Shown here: one piece after another, positions 30,404 to 39,119 of the stretch
Position numbering within the stretch: the first letter of the stretch is position 1
Layout: every line of letters begins with the position of its first letter
Source: Alkalispirochaeta sp.
Lineage (GTDB): Bacteria; Spirochaetota; Spirochaetia; DSM-27196; Alkalispirochaetaceae
Reading direction: 5' to 3'
DNA length: 64,000 bases
Assembly: GCA_965601925.1 (NCBI GenBank)
Contig: OZ271854.1
Coordinates: forward strand, 704,001 to 768,000
Made by a program: the position numbers and the translations under genes
The notes under the pieces: generated by a model
Databases searched by the model: none
What the model was told of the DNA's origin: nothing
The model's input: the letters and a program-made list of their open reading frames with translations, nothing else

Positions 30404-30455
30404 CGTGCTCTCCTCCCCTCATAATGCATCGTTCCGAGCGATGCGTCAACCACCC

Positions 30456-30472
30456 ATAGGGGGTGGGGGTAC
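30456..30472. promoter_or_regulatory. Putative CsoR operator (G-tract) between divergent copA and csoR
   Basis: ATAGGGGGTGGGGGTAC: G-tracts flanked by ATA/TAC, as in CsoR/RcnR-family operators; abuts the csoR promoter TAGACA-17-TACCCT. Confidence 0.65.
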
Positions 30473-30509
30473 CATAGACACAGTCACACTTCTCCGGTAC
30501 CCTCGATAC

Positions 30510-30842
30510 ATGCATGCGGCACACGCAAACGGTGACCAGTCGCTCCACGGCGATCGCCCGGTCCACGGCCCTCACGGCGTCAATGAATCGGCGCTTCTCC
30601 GGATGAAAAGCGTCGAGGGGCAAGTCAAAGGGATTCAACGGATGATCGAGGATGAACGCTACTGCGTAGACATCGTCGATCAGATATCGGCGGTACGCGC
30701 GGCACTCGCAAAAGTAAGCGAGGAGGTCTTGCGGCGCCACATCGAGACGTGTGTCGCCGATGAGTTTCGATCCGGCTCACCGACGGAACAAGGGCGTGTG
30801 ATCGACGAGCTCGTCGATATCATCGCCCGCCGTCTTCGATAG
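30510..30842 (+). CDS. csoR: CsoR family copper-sensing repressor
   Basis: RMKSVEGQVKGIQRMIEDERYCVDIVDQISAVRAAL...HIETCV (C-H-C ligands); His-rich N-terminus. Confidence 0.92.
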   Translation: MHAAHANGDQSLHGDRPVHGPHGVNESALLRMKSVEGQVKGIQRMIEDERYCVDIVDQISAVRAALAKVSEEVLRRHIETCVADEFRSGSPTEQGRVIDELVDIIARRLR

Positions 30843-30875
30843 GAAACCGCCACGAGAAAATTTCGCAAGAAAGTC

Positions 30876-30904
30876 TTGCACAATGTGCCGTCGTAAGATA
30901 TTGT
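30876..30904 (+). promoter_or_regulatory. Sigma70-like promoter upstream of a leader peptide
   Basis: TTGCAC-17 nt-TATTGT; palindrome GCAAGA-AAG-TCTTGC (30865-30879) overlaps the -35. Confidence 0.55.
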
Positions 30905-30940
30905 TCGCTATATCATCTTTTTGAAAGGAGCGCGTCTTAT

Positions 30941-31009
30941 ATGAATCGTTGTATTAACTCCTTCACGACATGCGTAATACTCTATAAGGCGTGTTTCCCG
31001 TCGGTATAG
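30941..31009 (+). CDS. Putative leader peptide MNRCINSFTTCVILYKACFPSV (22 aa)
   Basis: AAAGGAG RBS 10 nt upstream; followed by an intrinsic terminator. Confidence 0.55.
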   Translation: MNRCINSFTTCVILYKACFPSV

Positions 31010-31034
31010 CCGACCCTCCGTAACAGAGAACCAG

Positions 31035-31068
31035 GAGCCGCGATCCTTATAGGGTCGCGGCTTTTTTT
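31035..31068 (+). terminator. Intrinsic terminator / attenuator
   Basis: GAGCCGCGATCCT-TAT-AGGGTCGCGGCTT followed by a T run. Confidence 0.85.
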
Positions 31069-31102
31069 GTGCCGGTATCGCCTCGGCGTTGCCGGCCCGG
31101 AC

Positions 31103-31143
31103 AAAGGCCGCACTTCTCCCTCGGGAGAGGCGGCCTTTTCTTG
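31103..31143 (+). terminator. Second terminator-like hairpin
   Basis: AAAGGCCGC...GCGGCCTTT followed by TCTTG. Confidence 0.6.
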
Positions 31144-31166
31144 TGGGATTCAAGGAGGAGGAGCCC

Positions 31167-31355
31167 ATGTTTTTTCATCCACAGGAGATCGCGGCGATGG
31201 CCGAAGCGCAGCGTCGCGATATCGCAGAACGGCACAAGCACGCCGCCGAGCGCTCGCGCAACACGACAAAGATGCGGTTGCTTCTGGCGCGCGCGCTGGT
31301 AGAGTTCGGCCGTGTATTGGAACGGTCCGGGCGACGCCTCGCCCGGGAGATGTGA
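31167..31355 (+). CDS. Small hypothetical protein (62 aa, MFFHPQEIAAMAEAQRRD...)
   Basis: Very strong RBS AAGGAGGAGGAG; helical amphipathic C-terminus; followed by a hairpin at about 31363-31397. Confidence 0.65.
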   Translation: MFFHPQEIAAMAEAQRRDIAERHKHAAERSRNTTKMRLLLARALVEFGRVLERSGRRLAREM

Positions 31356-31429
31356 CATTGAAGCCGGCGGCTTTACGAATAGCGTAGAGCCGCCGGTCGT
31401 TTTGTGTAGAGGGTGGTACAATGAACACG

Positions 31430-33346
31430 ATGCGACACCTTCGGTTACTGATTGCAGTCGTTTTTTTTGCGGTATCCGTCGACTCGGTCCTCTCCGATGA
31501 ACTACCGTTGCGACGCGTCACGATCTTTACCAGCGGCGTGGCGGAGTTTGTGCACGAGGGGCGTCTCACCGGCGACGAGATGATCGTGCTCCCCGTCCCC
31601 GAGGCTCACATGAGCGACGTCATCCGTTCGCTCACCGTCATAGATTCCGGCGGCGGCGAAGTTCGCGCTATCTCGTATCCCGCCGGCGAGAGCGTGTCGG
31701 ATCGCCTTTCGCGCTTCAGAATCGATCTCCAACACGTTACCTCCATCGAAAGTCTCCTCAATCGCGCTCGAGGGACGACGATTCGCATCGTGCTCGAAGA
31801 CGGCCGGATGATCGAGGGGCGTGTCGTCGGAGCCGATCGACCGAGCGCCGATGATTCGCCGTCTCTTTTGATACGCGAGACTGGGGGGCTTAGATCGATC
31901 GCTACCGATGAGATTGCCGAGTTCTCGCTGGGCGATACAGCGCTCCAACGGGACCTCGATCGGGCGCTGGAAGTTCTGGAAACCTCGACCGTCGGGACCG
32001 ATATTCGGTCGATCCGCCTTGATCTCGTCGGCGACGTTCCGAGAACCGTGCAAATCCGATACTTGCGCGAGATGCCGGTGTGGAAAACGAGCTATCGTGC
32101 CGTCGTTGATGGGGAGCGTGTGCTGCTTCAGGGGTGGGCGCATCTGGACAATACCGGCACGGTTGACTGGGACGACGTCGAGGTGCATCTTGTATCGGCC
32201 TCTCCCGAAACGTACCGGATCGATCTCTATCCGCCGCGCTACGTGAGACGCGCCGTCGTACCGGATCGGCCCGCGGCGGCACCGGAAGGCCTCTCACCGA
32301 GTCGACGATCGAACGCCGCGGACGGATTCGCTCAACGTATCGACGAACAGCAGATAACCAATCTGAACCTCGCGGTGCGAGAGAGCGCCGAGGCACACCG
32401 GCAACGATCGGGTACGAGTTTCGTTCTCGCCGATCCGGTAACGATCGCACGCGGCGAGTCGGCGATGGTCGGGCTCATCAACCGTTCGTTTCCCGTGGAG
32501 ATCATCCGCTCATTCGACCCCACTCGCGATTCCGTCGGTCCGCGCCTGTCGGTCTCGTTCGAGAACGACTCGCCGATTCAACTCCCGGCCGGTCCGGTCA
32601 CTATCTATGAGGGCGACCGCTACGCCGGCGACTCGAGCCTGGCGATTCTTCTGCCCGGTGGAAGCGCGACCCTTCCCTACGCCGCGGACCTGGAGCTCAC
32701 CGTAGAGAGGGAGACGCGGTCGGCCGTCGAGGAGCTCGAAACCATACGGGTCGTCGACGGTTTGTTGGTAACCGAGCGCCGGGCCAGAGTCAGCACCGTA
32801 TATCGTATCCGGGAGACCGGTGAGGCACCGCGTCCCTTTCCCTCGGTACGGATCGCTCACCCGTCGCGACCGGGCTGGGAGTTGGTTTCTCCTACGCCGA
32901 TCGAGCGCCGCGCCGATACGGTGGAAATCGAGAGCACGGGAAGGGAGGTCGTCGTCGTGGAAGAGCAGATCCGCGAGCAGCGCTACGCCCTGGGATCGAT
33001 GGCGCGGGACGCCCTCGTCACCTTCAGCAGCAACCGACTGATCGTGCCGCGAGTGCGCCGCATACTGCAAAATGTTCTGCAACTCCGCGACGAACTCGTC
33101 GAGAAGGAACGGGAGCGTCAGGAACTCGAGAGAGAAGAGGGCGCAATTTTCCGCGATCAGGCGCGCATTCGTGAGAATATGGCCAACCTCGATCGGGATT
33201 CTCGTCTGTACCTCCGCTATGTGGCCGATCTATCGGCTCAAGAGACGATGCTGGAGGATCTCGAGGAGAGTCTACGGCTCGCCCGCGAAGCCGAGGAGGC
33301 GGCACGCACCGCCCTCGAGGGGTATCTGCGCTCCCTCGACTCGTGA
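31430..33346 (+). CDS. DUF4139-like domain-containing secreted protein
   Basis: Signal peptide, LPLRRVTIFTSGVAEF, PVWKTSYR, LQGWAHLDNTGTVDWDDVEVHLVS, GPVTIYEG, DQARIRENM coiled-coil tail. Confidence 0.8.
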   Translation: MRHLRLLIAVVFFAVSVDSVLSDELPLRRVTIFTSGVAEFVHEGRLTGDEMIVLPVPEAHMSDVIRSLTVIDSGGGEVRAISYPAGESVSDRLSRFRIDLQHVTSIESLLNRARGTTIRIVLEDGRMIEGRVVGADRPSADDSPSLLIRETGGLRSIATDEIAEFSLGDTALQRDLDRALEVLETSTVGTDIRSIRLDLVGDVPRTVQIRYLREMPVWKTSYRAVVDGERVLLQGWAHLDNTGTVDWDDVEVHLVSASPETYRIDLYPPRYVRRAVVPDRPAAAPEGLSPSRRSNAADGFAQRIDEQQITNLNLAVRESAEAHRQRSGTSFVLADPVTIARGESAMVGLINRSFPVEIIRSFDPTRDSVGPRLSVSFENDSPIQLPAGPVTIYEGDRYAGDSSLAILLPGGSATLPYAADLELTVERETRSAVEELETIRVVDGLLVTERRARVSTVYRIRETGEAPRPFPSVRIAHPSRPGWELVSPTPIERRADTVEIESTGREVVVVEEQIREQRYALGSMARDALVTFSSNRLIVPRVRRILQNVLQLRDELVEKERERQELEREEGAIFRDQARIRENMANLDRDSRLYLRYVADLSAQETMLEDLEESLRLAREAEEAARTALEGYLRSLDS

Positions 33347-33377
33347 CGATAGGCGCGTAAAAGAGGCGAACGCCGTT

Positions 33378-34499
33378 TTATCGACGTATCTCGACGACCG
33401 ACGACGAGTTGTGAACGGCAAGACGGTTCCAGCGCACCAACACGTCGGCGCCCGCGGATAGGTGCTCCAGCGGCCCTCCGGCGACGTGCACGAGAAGCTC
33501 CTCTCCCGACTCTTGCTTCGATTCGTCGGACGCGCGGAGACGAAGGTGCAGGGCGAATACCGAACCGAGATAACGCACATCCACGACCCGAGCGTTAGTC
33601 TCCTCGTCGCGACACGGGCCGCATATGACCGTCAGCTGGTGAGGACGCACGACCGCCAGTCGCTCCCGTCCCGTCTCGTCGGCGGCGACGGTAGCGACCT
33701 CATGGGGAACGGGCCCCAACAGAGAGTGCCACCCGGTGTCGGCCTGTCCGTCGTCGCGATCCGTCCAGATACGCACAAATGAAGCTCCGCCGGAAAACTC
33801 GGCGACCTCACGGCTCGCCGGAGACGCATAAATCTCCTCGGCACTTCCCAACTGTTCCAGGCGGCCCTCCCGCAGCACCGCAATTCGGTCGGACAGGGTG
33901 AAGGCTTCGTATCGATCGTGAGTGACCACTACCGCGGTGGTGCCGCTGGTCTTAATGAGCTGGCGCGTCTCGGCCAGCAGTCGGTGCGTGCACGTATGAT
34001 CAAGATTGCTGAACGGCTCGTCGAGGAGAATGATCTCCGGTTTGGGGGCCAAGGCGCGGGCCAACGCGACCCGTTGCTGTTGGCCGCCGGATATCTCATG
34101 CGGGTAACGCCGCGCCAACTCCGCAATCCCCGCCATATGGAGCAGCTCCGCGGCTCTCAGACGCTGACGCCGCCCCGGCTGCTCCGAAAGTCCGAATGCG
34201 ACGTTCCGCTCGACGGTAAGGTGAGGGAAGAGGGCAAAATCCTGAAACACGACGCCGACATTGCGCCGCTCGGGGGCCAAAAACGTACGATTGTCCGCCA
34301 AGACCCTTCCACCGACGACGATCGATCCGCCGTCGGGACGATCGAAACCCGCGATCAACCTGAGAGTCGTCGTCTTCCCCGAGCCGCTTGCCCCCGCAAG
34401 AGCAACAATCTCTCCGGCGTCGATATCAAGATTGAGGCGGTCGACCGCGGGACGGTTCATCCCCGCAAATCGACGCGTGAGTTCTCGAAGTCGTATCAC
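33378..34499 (-). CDS. Fe3+ ABC transporter ATP-binding subunit (FbpC-like)
   Basis: GASGSGKT, VFQDFALFPHL, ISGGQQQR, LLDEPFSNLD. Confidence 0.9.
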   Translation of the reverse strand: MIRLRELTRRFAGMNRPAVDRLNLDIDAGEIVALAGASGSGKTTTLRLIAGFDRPDGGSIVVGGRVLADNRTFLAPERRNVGVVFQDFALFPHLTVERNVAFGLSEQPGRRQRLRAAELLHMAGIAELARRYPHEISGGQQQRVALARALAPKPEIILLDEPFSNLDHTCTHRLLAETRQLIKTSGTTAVVVTHDRYEAFTLSDRIAVLREGRLEQLGSAEEIYASPASREVAEFSGGASFVRIWTDRDDGQADTGWHSLLGPVPHEVATVAADETGRERLAVVRPHQLTVICGPCRDEETNARVVDVRYLGSVFALHLRLRASDESKQESGEELLVHVAGGPLEHLSAGADVLVRWNRLAVHNSSSVVEIRR

Positions 34500-36214
34500 T
34501 GAGCGGAAGCTCCTTTCGAGCGTCGTCGCACCGGTCGCATAATAAGTCCTATAGTAAAAATTCCGACGGCGACCAGCAAGAGCGCTCGTGGAGCCGCCTC
34601 AGGCAGACGCTCGTCGGAGGCGAGACGATACACTTCCACCGCCAGCGTGTTGAAATCGAAGGGACGCAGAAGCAGCGTCATCGGGAGATCCTTAATGACG
34701 TCGATCGCGACGATAAGGGCGGCTCCCGCCAGAGTGGGCCGAAAGACCGGCAGCACGACGCGGGCCAGCACATCCGCCGGACGCCGTCCCAGGGAGCGCG
34801 CGGCGTCTACGGTACTCCGATGGTGGCGAGCAAAGGCGGCGTGGAGGGGTTGCATCGCTACCGCCAAATACCGCGCGGTATAGGCAAAGAACAATCCCGC
34901 TACCGATCCGAACAAGAAAAGCCGGTCGCTTACGGCGCTGAGACTTCGAAACACTGCGAGCACACCGATCGCCACAACCGTTCCTGGAACCGCATAGCCA
35001 ATGCGCGCTCCGTGTAACATCGCCTCCGTAGCGCGCCCGGGCCGTAGATAGGCCGCAAAGTTGAGAAGCAGCGCTACAATCAGCATCATGAGGGTGGCCC
35101 CGGCCGCGAGCGCGACCGTACGAGCTGTGGAGGTCAAAATCCCATCGACTCCCGCGCCGCCGATTCCGAGAATCGACCACCATCCGAGTTGCAGAGTCGG
35201 TAAGACGAATCCCGCCGTCGGCGGTATGACGAGGATCACGACGAAGACCACTCGCTTTAAGGGGCCAACGAACTTTCGCCGCGGGAGGGCGCCGGCTGCG
35301 GCGGTATAGCGGCGGCGCCCCCGTAAATACTGTTCGGCTACGATAAGCCCCAGCATGGAAAGAAGCACAAACGCCGCGAGCGTCGTTGCGGTTTCCAGAT
35401 CGCCCAAACCGAACCACGTGCGAAACACTCCGGTCGAAAGCGTCTCGACTCCCAGATACACCGGCGTCGCGTATGAGTTCATGACTTCCATCGCGACCAG
35501 ACTCGCGCCGCCCACGATCGCCGGACGCAGCGACGGAAAGACGCCGCGCCGGAGGCGTCGCCAGTAGTGGAGGCGATCGACGACGCCAACGAGCAACACG
35601 CCGAGTCCGACTCGCGCCGACGACATTCCTCGTATATCCCGCAGACGGTACGATTCTTGGGAGGGTTGGGCGCCGAGCGGCGATACCCTACTCGCCGTCG
35701 CGCCGCTTAGCGCCGCGACGACCTCGAATAGGACGCGGGAGTTCCCCATGAGCGCGCCGCGGACGGTCAGATACACGTAGGGATACAGGCCGGTACTCAG
35801 AATAAACACCGCCGCCGGCCAACCCGAGAAGGGGATGATCCGTCCGACGAGGCGACTCACCGGCCCGCCGAAGCCCAGTATGCCTCCCCACGTGAAGGTG
35901 CTGATGTACACCGGCAACGCCAGGGGAGCAACCACCAGTATCTCGAGGATACGCCGCCCCGGAATCTCGTACCGTTCCAGAATCCAGGCTCCGGCGACTC
36001 CCAATGAAGTGGCAAACAGGACCGAGAGTCCGACGAGAATCACCGTATTTCCGATGTATCGGAGCAATACGGTGTCTCGTACGTGGTCCCAGCTCTCGCC
36101 GCCGCCCGAAAATAGGCTTCCGGCGAGGGGAATGTAGGGAGTCAGGAGAACCGCCGTGATGCAAAAAGCGGCCGCCGTCCACCACGGATAGCGACCGCTG
36201 TCTGAGAGACCCAT
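34496..36214 (-). CDS. Fe3+ ABC transporter permease (FbpB-like)
   Basis: Two permease halves; LYPYVYL, RPAIVGG, GYAVPGTV, DAARSLG, KDLPMTLLLRPFDFNTLA. Confidence 0.9.
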   Translation of the reverse strand: MGLSDSGRYPWWTAAAFCITAVLLTPYIPLAGSLFSGGGESWDHVRDTVLLRYIGNTVILVGLSVLFATSLGVAGAWILERYEIPGRRILEILVVAPLALPVYISTFTWGGILGFGGPVSRLVGRIIPFSGWPAAVFILSTGLYPYVYLTVRGALMGNSRVLFEVVAALSGATASRVSPLGAQPSQESYRLRDIRGMSSARVGLGVLLVGVVDRLHYWRRLRRGVFPSLRPAIVGGASLVAMEVMNSYATPVYLGVETLSTGVFRTWFGLGDLETATTLAAFVLLSMLGLIVAEQYLRGRRRYTAAAGALPRRKFVGPLKRVVFVVILVIPPTAGFVLPTLQLGWWSILGIGGAGVDGILTSTARTVALAAGATLMMLIVALLLNFAAYLRPGRATEAMLHGARIGYAVPGTVVAIGVLAVFRSLSAVSDRLFLFGSVAGLFFAYTARYLAVAMQPLHAAFARHHRSTVDAARSLGRRPADVLARVVLPVFRPTLAGAALIVAIDVIKDLPMTLLLRPFDFNTLAVEVYRLASDERLPEAAPRALLLVAVGIFTIGLIMRPVRRRSKGASAQ

Positions 36215-36219
36215 ACGGT

Positions 36220-37302
36220 CTACTGCCAGCCGACCTCGTCAAAGATCATCGTTGCCCGGCGTGCATTTGCTCCGAGAGCTTCCAATGACAGTGTGTCCGC
36301 CACGAACTCTCCCCAAGCCGCCACTTCCGGGGCCAGAGCGATCCCGTCGCGCACCGGATACTCGTAGTTGGCCCGGGCAAAGAGGCCCTGCGCCTCGTCG
36401 CCGAGCAGGAACTCGAGGAGCTGAACCGCTCCGTCGACATTGTCGGCGTGGCGCGTCACACCGGCCCCGCTGATGTTGATGTGCGTACCGCGTTCGCTTC
36501 CTCCGGAACCGGGTTGGTTGGGAAAGAAGACACCGACCCGTCGCGCGACTTCGACCTCCGCAGGATCGGTGGAGGTGAGCATCCGTCCGACGTAGTAGGT
36601 GTTCACGACCGCAAAGTCCGCCTCACCGCCGGCGACCGCTCGCAGTTGATCGCGATCGTTTCCTTGGGGGGCGCGGGCGAAACTGCGCGTCATGCTCTGC
36701 GCCCAATCGAGTGCGGCATCTTCACCGAGGTTGGCAATGATGGAGGAGAGGAGAGAGATGTTGTAGATGTTGCTCGACGACCGAATGGCGATCGACCCTT
36801 CAAACTCGTCGCCGGTCAGCGCTTCGTAGGTTGAGAGCATCGAACGATCGGCGCGCTCCTGGTGATAGGCGATGATGCGCGCTCGGATAGTGAGGGCGTA
36901 CCACTCCCCATCGGGATCGCGTAAGTGCTCGGGGAGAAGCGAATCGACGGTTTCCGACTCGATCGACTGGAGCAGGTCCTGCTCCGCCGCCTGATAGAGT
37001 CGCCCCGCGTCGACGGTAATCAACAGATCCGCCGGCGTGTTCTCGCCTTCGGCCGCTAAGCGCTGAATCAACTCGTCGGCGCCCGCCTCGACCACCTGAA
37101 CCTCGATACCGGTCAGCTCTTCGAAGCGATCGAAGAGCGCCTGATCGGTATCGTAGTGGCGGTGAGAATAGACGTGGACGACATTCGCCTCCTCTTCTTG
37201 TCCGCCGCCGGCGAATATATGAAGCGGAGCAAGCAGTAGCACCAAAACCGCGATCAAAGCGGAAGATATACGCCTACTCTGCGTTGTGTTGAGAAAAAAC
37301 AT
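36220..37302 (-). CDS. Fe3+ ABC transporter substrate-binding protein (FutA/FbpA-like)
   Basis: VYSHRHYDTD, TPADLLITVDAGRL, RSSSNIYN, GNDRDQ, VNTYY (Tyr pair), NYEYP. Confidence 0.92.
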   Translation of the reverse strand: MFFLNTTQSRRISSALIAVLVLLLAPLHIFAGGGQEEEANVVHVYSHRHYDTDQALFDRFEELTGIEVQVVEAGADELIQRLAAEGENTPADLLITVDAGRLYQAAEQDLLQSIESETVDSLLPEHLRDPDGEWYALTIRARIIAYHQERADRSMLSTYEALTGDEFEGSIAIRSSSNIYNISLLSSIIANLGEDAALDWAQSMTRSFARAPQGNDRDQLRAVAGGEADFAVVNTYYVGRMLTSTDPAEVEVARRVGVFFPNQPGSGGSERGTHINISGAGVTRHADNVDGAVQLLEFLLGDEAQGLFARANYEYPVRDGIALAPEVAAWGEFVADTLSLEALGANARRATMIFDEVGWQ

Positions 37303-37321
37303 GGTGAAGCTCCTTAGGCAT

Positions 37322-37366
37322 TGTTAGTCTTGGCTAATAATTATAACACAAACCTAACTCAGTCAA
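37322..37366 (-). promoter_or_regulatory. Promoter of the iron ABC operon with a putative metal-repressor palindrome
   Basis: TTGACT-15 nt-TATAAT (TG-extended), then TTAG-N6-CTAA over the presumed +1. Confidence 0.5.
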
Positions 37367-37537
37367 GCCTCCGGGTAGAAAAGATCCACCGTGGTGTGCC
37401 CGAGACGGTGTGATATGCATCATTGTCGTATCGATATCTTTTTCTTGACACGCCGTCACAACAATGGTACCGTTCCGATGTATCGATATTGTTCCCAATA
37501 TCACAATAAAACTCCCTAACTCATGAAGGAGACTCTT

Positions 37538-38305
37538 ATGTCGCGCACGTCGATAATCAAAGCGACCGTAGCGGTGGTTCTCATCGCCGGTCTAATCGTA
37601 CTTGGAAGAGTATTCGATGTTCCCACGTATCTACGCCAAGCGATGCTTTGGATCGACGGGCTCGGATTCGTCGGAGTATTCGTATTCATAGCGTTGTACG
37701 CTACGACCACGGTACTGCTTGTACCCGGAACGATACCGACCTTGGCGGCGGGCGCGATCTTCGGCCTCGCACAAGGAGCCGTGTACGTCTCGTTGGGGAG
37801 TACGATCGGCGCGACTCTGGCGTTTTTCGTCGGTCGCTATCTCGCTCGTGACGCCGTCGCCGGAGCGGTCGGCAAGAACCCGCGCTTTGCCGCGATCGAT
37901 GAGGCGATCGGACGCGAGGGCTGGAAGATCGTCGGCCTCCTCAGGCTCTCGCCCGTGGTACCGTTTAGCCTCTCGAACTACTTCTACGGCATCACCAGCG
38001 TAAAGCCCGCCGGCTATGTGCTATCGTCGTGGATCGGCATGATGCCGGGTACGATCATGTACGTATACATCGGCACGCTTCTCGGCATGGCGGCGACCGG
38101 TGGCGGTCAGGACGGTATGACAACGGGCCAGTGGATCATGACCATCGTCGGCTTAGCGGCAACGGTCGTCGTGACCGTCTTCATTACCCGCGTCGCAAAG
38201 AAAGCGATCGATGAGAAGATGGGCGGCTCAAGCGACGCCGCCGTAGCCACCGGCATGGCGGCCGAGAGCAGCGCCGAATCCCAGGATTCCAAGATCAAAG
38301 CGTAA
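37538..38305 (+). CDS. TVP38/TMEM64 (DedA/SNARE-associated) family membrane protein
   Basis: VPGTIPTLAAGAIFG, GSTIGATLAFFVGRY, LLRLSPVVPFSLSNY; AAGGAG RBS; promoter TTGACA-17-TACCGT. Confidence 0.92.
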   Translation: MSRTSIIKATVAVVLIAGLIVLGRVFDVPTYLRQAMLWIDGLGFVGVFVFIALYATTTVLLVPGTIPTLAAGAIFGLAQGAVYVSLGSTIGATLAFFVGRYLARDAVAGAVGKNPRFAAIDEAIGREGWKIVGLLRLSPVVPFSLSNYFYGITSVKPAGYVLSSWIGMMPGTIMYVYIGTLLGMAATGGGQDGMTTGQWIMTIVGLAATVVVTVFITRVAKKAIDEKMGGSSDAAVATGMAAESSAESQDSKIKA

Positions 38306-38322
38306 CCCCAAAGAGGTACGCC

Positions 38323-39117
38323 CTACATCGCCTTCCAGAACTTATAGTTGGTCTTTTCAATATCCCGATGCGGCGGCATCCGAAAGAAACGATACTCGCC
38401 GTGCCGGGCAAACATGAATCCGTGTCGCACCATGCGATACGGAATGGTGTCGAAGCTGGAGTCCAGCAGGAGCCCCTTCGTCTTCTTTCGTAGCGAGCTG
38501 GACAGCTCGCCGAGCGCGTCGCGCAATTTGGACGGATGTACCTTGGGCACCGGGGGCGGTAGCATCGGATTGAGTTCGAAGTCGGTCAAAAAAGCATCGG
38601 CGTCAAACTCCAGTTGGGTATAGAAGAGCGCCGGCACGTTGCGCAACACCGACGGATTGGTAACGAGGTCTCCGAACTCCAGAAAGTTCATGCGCGTGAG
38701 CACGAGCATACGCACGGGGTTGATCTCGGCAAAGATACGCACCAATCCGGGTTGTCGCGTCTGCACCTCCTCGCTCGCCTCCAAGGCCAGGGTCGCCGCT
38801 TCGGGTGTCGTTAGGTAGAGCTTCCTGATACGCGAGAAGTCCAGATGCTCCAGGACGCGGTAGACGCTGATGAACTTCGTCGCCTTGGGTCGCCCGTCCT
38901 CATGGGGAACGACGTCCTTCATGAACTCATCGATATGAAAGTATTCGTGGTTGAAGTCGGAATCGAGTTGGGCAAAGATCACCTTGCCCGAGTAGTGACG
39001 GATTGAACCGGCGAGATAGTGACGGGCGAAGCGATCCGGTTCCAATTGCGAAGCGATCAGCGCCGGACTGGGGTGCATAATCGCGTATAGGTGTGTTTCG
39101 TAATGATCGCGACCCAT
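38323..39117 (-). CDS. Soluble hypothetical protein translationally coupled to hppA
   Basis: 264-aa ORF starting 2 nt after the hppA stop, with GGAGG RBS inside hppA. Confidence 0.75.
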   Translation of the reverse strand: MGRDHYETHLYAIMHPSPALIASQLEPDRFARHYLAGSIRHYSGKVIFAQLDSDFNHEYFHIDEFMKDVVPHEDGRPKATKFISVYRVLEHLDFSRIRKLYLTTPEAATLALEASEEVQTRQPGLVRIFAEINPVRMLVLTRMNFLEFGDLVTNPSVLRNVPALFYTQLEFDADAFLTDFELNPMLPPPVPKVHPSKLRDALGELSSSLRKKTKGLLLDSSFDTIPYRMVRHGFMFARHGEYRFFRMPPHRDIEKTNYKFWKAM

Positions 39118-39119
39118 AA

